From Octopus vulgaris (lineage: Eukaryota): a DNA stretch of 64,000 nt. The stretch is from the NCBI GenBank assembly GCA_951406725.2, contig OX597835.1, positions 13,454,001-13,518,000 on the forward strand, in the 5' to 3' direction. Both the position numbers and the translations under genes were made by a program. The notes under the pieces were generated by a model that worked only from the letters and a program-made list of their open reading frames with translations, was not told the DNA's origin and made no database searches. Of the stretch, positions 1 to 11,989 are shown one piece after another. Position 1 is the stretch's first letter; every line of letters begins with the position of its first letter.

Positions 1-200
1 GGCAGAATTGTTAGCAAGCTGGATGAAATGCTGTGGCTACATCCTGAGTTCAAATCCTGATGAAGTCGGCTTTGCCTTTCATCCTTTCTGGGTCGATAAA
101 AGTAGTACCAGTTAAACACTGGGGATTGGGGGGGGGGTCGATGTAATCAACTCATCCCCTCCCCACAAAAATTGCTCACCTTGAGGCAAAAAATTGAAAC

Positions 201-251
<51 letters not shown>

Positions 252-394
252 CATTATCATCATTATTATTATTATTATTATTTGGTTATTATGTTATTAT
301 TCGTATTAATTACTTCACAATTCTTCATATACTTCTATAATCTGGTTTAAATCATTTCTCTTCTTCTCCATCTCCACCCATCCCCTAGAATAAG

Positions 395-443
<49 letters not shown>

Positions 444-663
444 GTTATTATTATTATTGCATCATCTTTGACTCCGTTCCCACAGATCCTGAAATGTCGA
501 CTGCCGTCTTATCAACTCATACATTATACCACCAGACATTTTGCAAAATAAAAAAAAAGACAAAAAAAGAACAAAGAAAAAAAAAGACCCTTCCAAAAAA
601 CACAACCAAAAACACAGTTTTGGTGTCGTTTTGTTGTGACATCAGTTCTGCTGCTCTTTCTCA

Positions 664-784
664 ATTACTATCATTATTATTATCATTATTATTATTATTA
701 TTGTCATTATTATCATTGTTATTATTATCATTATTATTATTATTATTGTTATTATTATTATTATTATTATCATCATTGTTATTA

Positions 785-824
<40 letters not shown>

Positions 825-941
825 TATTACTGTTATTATTACTGTTATTATTATTATTATTATTATTATCATTATTATTATTACTATTATTATTATTATC
901 ATTATTATTATTACTATTATTATTATTATTATTATTATTAC

Positions 942-983
<42 letters not shown>

Positions 984-1061
984 TATTACTGTTATTATTA
1001 CTGTTATTATTATTTTTATTATTATTATTATTATTATTACTATTATTACTGTTATTATTAC

Positions 1062-1100
<39 letters not shown>

Positions 1101-1118
1101 TATTATTATTATTATTAC

Positions 1119-1151
<33 letters not shown>

Positions 1152-1186
1152 CATATTATCATCATTATTATTATTACTATTATTAC

Positions 1187-1240
<54 letters not shown>

Positions 1241-1272
1241 TATTACTGTTATTACTGTTATTATTGTTATTA

Positions 1273-1309
<37 letters not shown>

Positions 1310-1315
1310 TATTAC

Positions 1316-1360
<45 letters not shown>

Positions 1361-1419
1361 TATTACTGTTATTATTATTATTATTATTGTTATTATTATT
1401 ATTACTATTATTATTATTA

Positions 1420-1469
<50 letters not shown>

Positions 1470-1490
1470 GTTATTATTATTATTATTATT
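664..1490. repeat. (ATT)n imperfect microsatellite
   Basis: Read directly; explains the poly-L/Y/I/N ORFs. Confidence 0.98.
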
Positions 1491-1734
1491 CTTGCATCTG
1501 TTGTTCACTGAAGAATGTTAGACAACCTTCCTAATTAGTTTGTGACTCGTTTTGCTGAAGCTCTGTTGTGTTGCATCGCAGCAGATGTTTTCTTTATTTT
1601 ATTTTATTGTATTGTATTGGTTTTTTTGGAGTTTTTTTTTCTTTTTTGCTTTTGTGTTGTGTGTGGCTTTGGAATGACTTAGAAAAAGGAAAGAGGATGG
1701 GCATCATCTTCATCTTTGTACGGTGGTGGCCATC

Positions 1735-2084
1735 ACTATCATCGTCGTTGTCATCGCCAGCGACACCATCTCCACCGTCATCATCAACATCATCTCTATG
1801 ATCATCACCATTATCGTCGTGGCCATCGCCTTGATTGTAATCATCTTCATCATCATCATCATCATCATCACCACCACCTCGATCATCTTCATCATCACCA
1901 CTGCCATCATCATCGGCAACATCTTTATCATCATCATCACCAACATCATCATTGCTATTGCCTTGATTCTCATCATCTTCCTCTTCATCATCATCAGTGC
2001 CATCATCATCATCACCATCATCATCATTGTTATTGCCTTCATTGTGGTAGATGTCATCGTCATCTTTATCCTCCGTCTTCCTCC

Positions 2085-2116
<32 letters not shown>

Positions 2117-2187
2117 TTCCTCCTCCTCCTCCACCTCCTCCTCCTCCTCCTCCACCTCCTCTTCCTCCTCTTCCTCCTCCTCCTCCA

Positions 2188-2221
<34 letters not shown>

Positions 2222-2258
2222 CTCCACCTCCTCTTCCTCCTCCTCCTCATCATCATCA
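1735..2258. repeat. (CAT)n then (CCT)n low-complexity tract
   Basis: Read directly. Confidence 0.95.
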
Positions 2259-3887
2259 GTGTTCTCATCTTCATTATTGTTATGATTTTTGCAGTCTTAT
2301 TTCTAACGCTTTCACTGCACTATCAAGTACAGCTTTGTGCATCTTGGCAATGTGCAGTGTCTTCTTTCTTCTCTTCTTCTCTCTCTCTCTCTCTCTCTCT
2401 CTCATATTCAAAGTATAGCGTGTGTGGGAGGTGGGGGAGGGCTAGCGCCTAGTTGTGCTGTTTATTGCATGTAGTGTAGAGGAATCTCTAAGATGTCGGT
2501 TCTATATTTACCCCTCTGCTTGTTTCAGTCATTGGACCACGGCCATACTGGACCACAGCCATGAGAGTATTAATGCTTTATTTCAAGTCTGGTCCTTTAT
2601 TCTATCTATCTCTTTTGCCGAACTACTAACTGACAGCGAAGTAACCAACCCAACACCGGTTGCCAAGCAGTGGCATACAAACATAAACACAAGGATACAT
2701 TCACACATAGAGATATATCATCATCATCATCATCGTTTAATGTCCGCTTTCCATGCTGGCATGGGTTGGTCAGTTTGACTGAGGACTGGCAAGCTGGGAG
2801 GCTGCACTAGGCTCCAATTTGATCTGGCAAAGTTTCTACTGCTGGATGCCCTTCCTAATGCCAATGCCTCCGAGAGTGTAGTGGGTGCTTTTTACGTGCC
2901 ACTGGCATGAGGGCCAGTCAGGCGGCACTGGCATCAACCACGCTCAAATAGTGCTTTTTATGTGCCACCGGCATGGGTACCAATCAGGTGGCACTGTCAT
3001 TGGTTACGACTACAACTTCACTTGCCTCAACATATACATACAGACAACAAGTTTCCATTTCGTCTGGCATGCTAACGCTTTCTCTGCCTTTTCTCCCTCT
3101 TCTACCACCCTCACATCATAGATTCTATTCTAGCCTTTAGGTTTGTGGAGCATATCGATGTACTACAGGTGCTAGGGCCAGAATAAAATAGACCCGGTAC
3201 ACTCTATAAGGAGATTAGCAATGGAGTTGAGAAGATGCTTTGGTCTTTGCAAGAACATGAGAAAACAATATGAGTGATGGAAGGCAGAAAGATGAGTGAT
3301 TCGGAAGTGCCTGAACAGAAGGGAACACAAGACATGAGATCAAGCAGCTACGAGGAGCAGAGGCCATTATAGTGACAATAGAAAAAGGCTGCATAGAGGA
3401 AGCCTACTCAGGTGGGGTGGATGGGAATATACTGGAGTGTGTGTATGTGTGTGTGTCTGTGTTACCATAATAGCAAGCTAACCAAAGCTTAAACGAGAGA
3501 AATAGATGTAGGTAGAGTTGTGTGGTTAAGTTCATTACACAACCACATGGTTATGGGTTCAATCTCATTGCATGGCACCTCAGGTAAGTGTTGTCTACTA
3601 TAACGCCAGGGTGCCCAGTATTTTTTGCGAGTGAATTTGGTTGACAGTAACACCTGCCGTCATCCCTACTCTCAACTCCTGGAGACTCTACATACTAGTA
3701 CAGCACTACCAGTCGCTGGTATATCGACTATTGTCTGGTTTTTCTGACAATAAGCGAGCGTCACACTGGAACTGGCAGGGGGGGGTTGGGGGGGGGTGTT
3801 GAGTGTTGGAGAAACAAATGAAATCAAACCAAAGTCAGGGAATCTTTGAGAGATTGCTGTTGATTTCATTCTGTTCTCATTCCTCAG

Positions 3888-3966
3888 GAGACCAAACATT
3901 ACAGAGAAATGCAACATTGATATTAATCTTCGGTGGAAAGTCTTGGAATGTCTCGCCACTATGATG
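3888..3966 (+). CDS. Candidate internal exon (79 nt) of an unidentified gene
   Basis: Acceptor 'ttctgttctcattcctcag|G' and donor 'ATG|gtaatt'; open frame xRPNITEKCNIDINLRWKVLECLATMM; protein not recognised. Confidence 0.35.
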
Positions 3967-3974
3967 GTAATTCA

Positions 3975-4425
3975 ATTCTTCTTCTTCTTCTACTTCTTCT
4001 ATTTCTTCTGCTCCTCCTTCTTCTTCTTCTCCTTCTTCCTCTTCTTCTTCTTCTTCTTTTTCTTTTTCTCCTCCCTTCTTCTTCTTCTTCTTCTCCTTCT
4101 TCCTCTTCTTCTTCTTCTTCTTTTTCTTTTTCTCCTCCCTTCTTCTTCTTCTTCTTCTTCTTCTTCTCCTTCTCCTCCTCCTTATTCTTCTCCTCCTCCT
4201 CCTCCTTCTTCTTCATCTCCTCCTTCTTCTTCTTCTTTTTCTTTTTCTCCTCCCTTCTTCTTCTTCTTCTCCTTCTTCTCTCCTCCTCCTCCTTCTTCTC
4301 CTCCTCCTCCTCCTCCTTCTTCTTCTTCATCTCCTCCTTCTCCTTCTTCTTCTTCTTCTTCTTCTTCTTCTTCTTCTTCTTCCTCCTCACCCTCCTCATC
4401 CTCCTTCTTCCTCTTCTTCTTCTTC
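3975..4425. repeat. (CTT/CCT)n polypyrimidine tract
   Basis: Read directly. Confidence 0.97.
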
Positions 4426-4723
4426 TTGCGTTAAATCAGCAAGTTGTGGGTTGGTTAGCTCAAGGCCAGTATGGATGGAATATGACCAAAAATCACCAAA
4501 ATCACAGCTGTTTCTCCTCTTACTTTTCCTCCTTCTCCTCCCTCCCTCCAGAGAAGGGGTCAAGTATCTCAAGCTTTATTGCTGCAACTTTTCTGTGTAT
4601 TTGTTTTGTTTTTTTTTTTCAGTGTTATTTTTATTTTAGTAAAAAATTTTTTGTTTTGCTGCATAATGTTTTTCAGAACACTACCACTGCGCACGCACAC
4701 ACACACACACACACACACACATG

Positions 4724-4754
<31 letters not shown>

Positions 4755-5185
4755 ACACACACGGTTCTGCTGCCAGTTCCAGCAGTGTCAAAGATCACCT
4801 TTTACCTTTCACTCGTTTCAGGTGTTGGACAATGGCCCTGCTGAGGCAACACCTTCAAAGGTTTTGTTGAACAAATTGACCTGCCTGCTTATTTTTTTTT
4901 ATGAGTCTGGCACTTTTATCAGTCCCTTTTGCTGAACTGCTTGCCTAAGGGACACAAACAAACCAACACCAATTGTCAGGCAGTGCAAGGGACGGGCAAA
5001 CACAGAGGTAGACATGCACACATACAGATATATATATATATGTTTGTGTATGTATGTGTGTATAGTAGCATCAACCCTTAAGGGTCAGCCACATTTAGGT
5101 GGCAAATATACTTCGCATTGTTGCATACCTATTGTTGCTTGTTTCCACTTTTTCGAGATCAGTGACATTTCATCACTGGAAAAAG

Positions 5186-5216
<31 letters not shown>

Positions 5217-5289
5217 AGTACCCCGGATCCCCAAAGTACCCTGGATCCCCAAAGTACCCCGATCCCCAAAGTACCCCGGACCTCGTTGC

Positions 5290-5550
5290 CCCCGTGCCGC
5301 TGACACGTTAAAATGCTCGAACCGATCGTGACGATGCCGGACCCTCCGGCCCCTGTGCAGGTGGCACGTAAAAAGCACCCAATCCACTCACGGAGTGGTT
5401 GGCGTTAGGAAGGGCATCCAGCCGTAGAAACTCTGCCAGATTCAGACTGGAGCCTGGAGCGGCCCCTGGCTTCCCAGACCCGGTCAAACCGTCCAACCCG
5501 TGCTAGCACGGAAAGCGGACGTTAAACGATGATGATGATGATGATGATGA
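5290..5550 (+). mobile_element. Retroposon family C with RTE-like (GAT)n tail (also 2717-3030, 7704-7910, 9967-10215, 16730-17003, 23344-23615, 38924-39090, 47634-47940, 48222-48550, 52380-52655, 63070-63697)
   Basis: 'ggtggcacgtaaaaagcacc..ggttggcgttaggaagggcatccagc..aacccgtgctagcacggaaagcggacgttaaacgatgatgat'. Confidence 0.8.
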
Positions 5551-5980
5551 TATATATATATATATATTTGCATTGGGAATCACTTCCCATCGCCAACCCA
5601 TGACTGTCACATGCTGATGACTGGTCAATACCCAGAAACCCGGGTCCATGTGTATTACATCAACCTGGAGATGGGAACGATGAATTTCCTTTGCAAATAC
5701 TGATAGAGCACAGATGGTGTGTCAATAGCCAGCTGGAGGAGAAGTCTTCCTGGGGCTACAAGCTGCAGTAGTATCGACCCTTAAGGGTTAGCCACATTTA
5801 GGTCACAAATATACCTCACAACACATATTCATATATATATATAACATAAATTGGGACTAAGGTTTGGTGGAAGATTTTAATTCAAAATTTATGAAAACAA
5901 GACTTTTGTACTCAGAGCCAGAGGTGGTTTCAGCCAGGTTGGTAACGAAAGGGTTAAGAATTGTTTCTCTATTATATATT

Positions 5981-6198
5981 TTAACCCTTTTGTTACCATA
6001 TTGCTGTTGAGATGCTCTGTGTTTCTTTCAATTGATTTTAAATATAACAAAGAATTTAGTAAAATAACTTAGTTATCATTCAGCTAGTGTTAGGAACATA
6101 AATTGTGACTAAGATTTTAATCCAAAACTTATGAAAACTAGTCATTTCTACTACAGACCCAGAACTAGTTTCAGCCAGGTTGGTAACGAAAAGGTTAA
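5981..6198. mobile_element. piggyBac-like MITE (TTAA TSD); partial second copy at 5842-5957
   Basis: TTAA-cccttttgttacca ... tggtaacgaaaagg-TTAA. Confidence 0.65.
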
Positions 6199-6479
6199 TA
6201 TAATGTGCATTTCTGGATTAGTCTAAGGGTTCAGTTGGGTTCAATTAATTGTGTACATAACCTGAATATCTTTCTGCTTGTACTTCGATACCAGTGTTTG
6301 CATTTGTGTATAGTTGCTGTGGATGCATTCTAGTTTTGACCTGACCTAGTGTCTTACTATTTAAGTGCATGATTTACCTGAATCTTAATGTGTGTGTGTG
6401 GTGAAATAAGCATCAGAGATGCTTTCCTCCATGCAGAAATAGCAGGAGCTTCTCAGAGGTTTTTCAAGCTCTTTTGAAT

Positions 6480-6720
6480 CTATTGCAATGCTACAAACCC
6501 ATCTGTGTCATCAGCCGGTATCTCAGGGTCACAACCATTTCATCCCTTATCCTGTATGCTTCACCTGAAGCTAGTTTTCATCTATAGAAGGGCCACACCT
6601 GCAATCTCAATTATCAATTACAGCCACTTTGAGCTAGTTTTAACTGTCGTGCCTATTATTTCCTCGGTGGCTTTCTTCAGTTGTCTGCGTTCCAGACCTG
6701 TCTTCTGCCATCACGTACTC
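6480..6720 (-). pseudogene. Possible C-terminal/3'UTR fragment of a HERO/NeSL-type RLE non-LTR retrotransposon
   Basis: Minus strand gives KTGLERRQLKKATEEIIGTTVKTSSKWL*, resembling the '..RRKAIK..EAAE.AS.WLW' C-terminus. Recognised from memory only. Confidence 0.35.
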
Positions 6721-7541
6721 ATACAATCACACACATATGCACTTACACATACACTCACACACATGCATATATACACGTGCATTCAATACAATCATATACA
6801 TATAGGCACAGGCATGACTGTGTGGTAAGAAGCTTGCTTCCCAACCACATGATTCTAGGTTCAGTCCCACTGCATGGCACCTTGGGCAAATGTCTTCCAC
6901 AAAGACTCGGGCCGACCGAAAGCCTTGTGAGTGGATTCGGTAGATGGAAACTAAAAGAAACCTGCCATATGTGTGTGTGTCTGTGTCTCCCTCTTCCTCA
7001 CTACCACTTGACAACCAATGCTGGTGTGTTTATGTTCTTATAACTTAGTGATTCGGCAAAAGAGGCCAATACAATAAGTAATAGGCTTACAAAGAATTAG
7101 CCCCAGGTTCAATTTCTTTGAGCAAAACTCTTCAAGGCAGTGCTCCAGCACGGCCACATGTCAGATGGCTGAAACAAATAAAAAAATAAAAGAATATGCA
7201 CATATACATGTACATATATACACACATTCACTTGTACACATACACACACACATACACACACACTTGCCTTCTCTCCTTGACTAAACTACTAAATGAAAAC
7301 CTGTCATCTGTCAGAGTTTAAGATTCACAATCATTTTATTTCCATTTTTAAAGCCATAGATGAGAGGTAAAATAGATTTGGCTGTTATTTCTAGCAGGGT
7401 AAGGGACTAATATCTCATCAGGAATTTTACAGTTCTTTGATTACTAATCCAGGTATTTCCGAAACTCTACCCGTGTTACCTGTATGTGATTACACACCCA
7501 AGTACATATTTCAAATTGCAGTGTAGAGATATGTTTCATTG

Positions 7542-7601
7542 CATATCCGGGTATGTGCTTCAACCTGTATTCAACAGTGTTTGATAACATACCCGGATAT
7601 G
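7542..7601. ncRNA. pre-miRNA-like hairpin (candidate)
   Basis: Perfect 15-bp stem catatccgggtatgt/acatacccggatatg, continuing tcaa/ttga and ctgt/acag to a 5-nt loop; 60 nt long, in non-repetitive context. Confidence 0.35.
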
Positions 7602-8332
7602 ATAGACTCTCCCATCGAAGACAACCTATGAGCGTTCAGCCTTTCCCAAATGACCTGCACCAATGATTTGTTTATCCTCACCACTACCACCACCACCACC
7701 ACCATCATCATCATCATCGTTTAACGTCCGCTTTCCATGCGAGCATGGGTTGGGCGATTTGACTGAGGGCTGGCGAACCAGATGGCTGCACCAGGCTCCA
7801 ATCTTGATCTGGCAGAGTTTCTACACCTGGATGCCCTTCCTAACACTAACCATTCCGAGAGTGTAGTGGGTGCTTTTACCTGCCGCCGGCACTGGGGCCA
7901 GTCAGGCGGTATGGGGATAATATTTATGTGCTGTACATTGGCTCCCTCTCTTCCTCCCTCCCTCCCTCCATCAAATCAAGTGCACTGGGTACCATGTGTC
8001 AGGTGACGAAGCGATCACAGAGCAACGTGAGATGAAGAGTTTTGCTCAAGAACACAATGCACCACCCAGTCTAGGAATTGAAACCACAATCTTGTGATTG
8101 TGAATGCAACACTCTAACCATATGTAATTTTTGAAGCTCCAAGGAAGCTATAAGGTGATGCAAATGTACTCAGCTCTGAGTGCACTGCATCTTACAGCAG
8201 AAACTGCTGTAAGCTAATGGAATTCATTGCATAATGACCCGTTCCTTTGTCATTTATTTAATCTCATATAATGCTCTGTACTCGACTAATGCTTTGTCTA
8301 TTGGGGGAAATGGAAGAAATTATCATTACACA

Positions 8333-8700
8333 CAGGAGTGGCTGTGTGGTAAGTAGCTTGCTTACCAATCACATGGTTCCGGGTTCAGTCCCACTGCGTA
8401 GCACCTTGGGCAAGTGTCTTCTACTATAGCCTCAGGCGGACCAAAGCCTTGTGAGTGGATTTGGTAGACGGAAACTGAAAGAAGCCCATCGTATATATGT
8501 ATATATGTGTATATGTTTGTGTGTCTGTGTTTGTTCCCCCAACATCGCTTGACAACCAATCCTGGTTAGCAGTTCAGCAAAAGAGACCGATAGGATAAGT
8601 ACTAAGCTTACAAAGGATAAGTCCCGGGGTCGATTTGCTCAACTAAAGGCAGTGCTCCTGCATGGCCACAATCAAATGACTGAAACAAGTAAAAGAGAGA
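8333..8700 (+). mobile_element. tRNA-derived SINE family A (other + copies: 6804-7190, ~54390-54530, 63977-64000)
   Basis: A-box-like 'tggctgtgtggt', B-box-like 'gggttcagtcc', 'accttgggcaagtgtc', and tail 'gaaacaagtaaaagag'. Confidence 0.85.
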
Positions 8701-8923
8701 GTTGGGAACTCTTGCACTAACGTTTGATACTGACAGGCCCCTGCTTAACCCCTTAGCATTCCAGCCAGCCATATCCAGCCCAACTATTTTTACCTGTTAT
8801 ATGTTTCAACTGGCCAGATCTGATCTCTTACACCTATCCTACAATGCCGTTCTTAAAATATATAGTCACATCATCAAAATTTCATTTCTATGAGATAATG
8901 CATGATTAATTCAGGACAATACT

Positions 8924-9300
8924 CTTTACTCTTTTACTCTTTTACTTGTTTCAGTCATTTGACTGCGGCCATGCTAGAGCACCGCCTTTAGTCGAGCAAA
9001 TCGACCCCGGGACTTATTCTTTGTAAGCCCAGTACTTATTCTATCGGTCTCTTTTGCCGAACCGCTAAGTGACGGGGACGTAAACACACCAGCATCGGTT
9101 GTCAAGCAATGCTAGGGGGACAAACACACACATATATATACATACATACGACGGGCTTCTTTCAGTTTCCGTCTACCAAATCCACTCACAAGGCTTTGGT
9201 CGGCCCGAGGCTATAGCAGAAGACACTTGCCCAAGATGCCATGCAGTGGGACTGAACCTGGAACCTTGTGGTTGGTAAGCAAGCTACTTACCACACAGCC
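8924..9300 (-). mobile_element. SINE family A, minus strand
   Basis: Reverse complement of family A from 'ctcttttacttgtttcagtcatttgactgcggcc' to 'accacacagcc'. Confidence 0.85.
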
Positions 9301-9676
9301 GTGAATAAATAAGCAATACATTTGACAGAATAATCTGAATGCTGAAGAATTATCCAAGAGTCTGATGGTGGTGGGGCTGGGGATCAAAGTGGTGGTGGTG
9401 GTGGTGGTGTTAAAATGGTGGGTATTGTGGGTACAGCCCTTAGAAATCTTAACTCTAGCCCTGCACTAGAATTTCCCCAACTCTCTCTTTATCTTCCTCA
9501 CTCCCGCCCACCCCTCTCTCTCTCTCCTTATCTCTCTCTCCCCTCTCCTCTCCCTCCCTCCCTCTTTCTCCACTCATTCATTCATTCCTTAATCCATTAA
9601 ACTCCAATGTAATTTCCCTCCCCTCCATCACCCACCCAACCCTCCTCTATGGCTCTGCAGAGAATCTCATTTGTCC

Positions 9677-9710
<34 letters not shown>

Positions 9711-10468
9711 TGTAGTAGCTGTGGTGGTGGTGATGGTGGTGGTGGTGGACAGCCTGATGATGATGTTGATAAGAACTGACTGCTACAGCAGCCATTAAAG
9801 ATATTCCTTTATCGCCACCGCCACCACCACCACCACACAATGTGATTATCTAAGCTATTCATTAACCTGACATCAAATTATTCCACATGCTTTCACTAAT
9901 GCTCCCTCCTACACCTCCTCCTCTGCCCCATGTGTATGCTATACATACATATATATATATGTCTACATCATCATCATCATCATCATCATCATCGTTTAAC
10001 GTCCGTTTTCCGCGCTAGCACGGGTTGGACGGTTTCGACCGGGGTCTGGGGAGCTAGGGACTGCCCCAGGCTCCAGTCTAGTCTGGCAGTGTTTCTACAG
10101 CTGGATGCCCTTCCTAACGCCAACCACTCCGCGAGTGTAGTGGGTGTTTTTTACGTGCCACCTGCACAGGTGCCAGAGGGGTCTGGCATCGGCCACGTTC
10201 GGATGGTGCTTTTTATGTGGGGGGGGGCAGAAATATATAGGGGAGCACCAGTGGGGAGGGGTGGTTCAGAGAAATGATGACAGGTTCTAGGCAAGTAGAA
10301 CGTAGGATATCAAGAGAGGGGTAATGCATGGTGAAATAGTGTATTGAAGAGGGGGTTCGAAGAGTAGACACCTATAATGGTGGTGGGAGAAGCGACATCC
10401 GGTATAGATGGAGCAAAAATATAGAGATATCCGGTATTGGTGGTGGGGGTGGGCAAGGGCGGGTGCAC

Positions 10469-10983
10469 CGGGAATATGCGAAGGGTTGAACTGACGGGCT
10501 GGCTTAAAAATGCTCTTAGCAATGGAAGGGGGGAATGGCAGACAACGTAAGAGAGAGAGAGAGAGAAAGAAGGGAACAGTGGAACCCCGCCAAAATGGGC
10601 CGCCATTGAAAAAAACCCCTGTATGGAGAAATAATAGGCAATACGAGGCGAAGCTGAAAATAGTAATAATAATAATAATAATAATAAGCAAACTGTCGAC
10701 CAGGGGATCAAAGGGACAATACTAATACTAATAATAAATAATAAACAAAACAGCTCAACCACAACATTAGATTAGAAAGACTCTTATCTTGGGAACATTT
10801 CGTTCTTCGGCCTGACACGGGAATATGCGAAGGGTTGAACTGACGGGCTGGCTTAAAAATGCTCTTAGCAATGGAAGGGGGGAATGGCAGATAACGTAAG
10901 AGAGAGAGAGAGAAAGAAGGGAACAGTGGAACCCCGCCAAAATGGGCCGCCATTGAAAAAAACCCCTGTATGGAGAAATAATA
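10469..10983. repeat. ~167-bp near-identical direct repeats (10469-10636, 10818-10983), 349-bp period
   Basis: 'cgggaatatgcgaagggttgaactgacgggc...aaccccgccaaaatgggccgccattg...gtatggagaaataata' occurs twice. Confidence 0.9.
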
Positions 10984-11011
10984 TATATACATATATATGT
11001 ATATGTATGTA

Positions 11012-11057
<46 letters not shown>

Positions 11058-11111
11058 TATATGTATATCTACATATAAATATATATATATATACACACAC
11101 ACACACACGTA

Positions 11112-11308
11112 TGATAGATCGTTAGCCTCTACACACATTTTTTTCTCTCCTTGTTTCTCTCCTTATTTTTTCTGTGTCCCTTTCTGTAGAAGAGCGTAGA
11201 CTCGAAACATAAAAGACTTTTTCTATTCCTGAGCGTTATACTAATACATCTGTTTGTTTTGTACACCACCTGTCTTCGTCTCTTGTTTTTTTTGTAAACT
11301 CTCCCTAT
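11112..11308 (+). mobile_element. Dispersed Penelope-like short element (family P1) with degenerate hammerhead-like motif at 11180-11215
   Basis: Contains 'ctttctgtagaagagcgtagactcgaaacataaaag'. Its flanks are the reverse complement of the array segment at 31690-31840. Bounded by TA/CA microsatellites. Confidence 0.6.
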
Positions 11309-11371
11309 CTACATATATATATATATCTACACACACACACACACACACATACACATACATATATACATATA

Positions 11372-11414
<43 letters not shown>

Positions 11415-11415
<1 letters not shown>

Positions 11416-11602
11416 ATGATTGACTGCTAGCCACTAAAGCATTTTTTATCCTTTCTGTTTATTTTCTTGTGTTCTTTTCTGTTGAAGAGCGTAGGCTCAA
11501 AACATAAAAGATTTTCTGACCTTCCCCGAGCGTTAAAGTAATACACCTGTTTGTCGTTTATACACCTGCCTTCGTCTTTTGCTTTTTTGTAAATTCCAAC
11601 TA
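11415..11602 (+). mobile_element. Diverged family P1 copy (motif 11475-11510, G12>A)
   Basis: 'ttttctgttgaagagcgtaggctcaaaacataaaag...cctgccttcgtcttttg...gtaaattccaac' followed by TA repeat. Confidence 0.55.
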
Positions 11603-11989
11603 AATATATATATTAGGACAAGTTTCAAATAGGTATATTTCTAAATGTGAAGATTTTGTTGGAGTCTAAATTTTAAATGTTACCAGGTTGAATAATCATT
11701 TGTTCTACTTTATATTTCTGATTGAACAAATTATTGAATGTTGGTAAAGAATTAAGCTATAGAAGTGTAATTGCCAAATTATTCCGTGCCAGCAAAAGTG
11801 CCAGGGAGATTGTTAGAGCCACAAAGTATGCCGAATCTACTGTTTTTTGAAGAAAAGTCAGGCTGGTCAGAGAAAGCCTCAAAGTCCTCTGAGTGACCAA
11901 AACACACCCCCTCGCTTCTTAACAGGACTTGAAAGATCAAAATTGATGGTGAAGTTGGCTCAAAATTGAACGACTCTGTAAAATTACCA

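Noticed and set aside
2313-2359. Imperfect hairpin cactgcac...gtgcagtg
   Set aside because: Only 47 nt with several bulges; expected by chance.
494-2452. Long ORFs (up to 291 aa) of poly-L/Y/I/N/H/S/P; similar ones at 3933-4844, 13665-14279, 17523-18240, 40561-41875, 43505-44021, 59252-60832
   Set aside because: They are simple-repeat read-through, open in several frames and on both strands, with no protein-like content.
8190-8212. 10-bp perfect stem cttacagcag-aaa-ctgctgtaag
   Set aside because: Short, does not extend, and has no supporting context.
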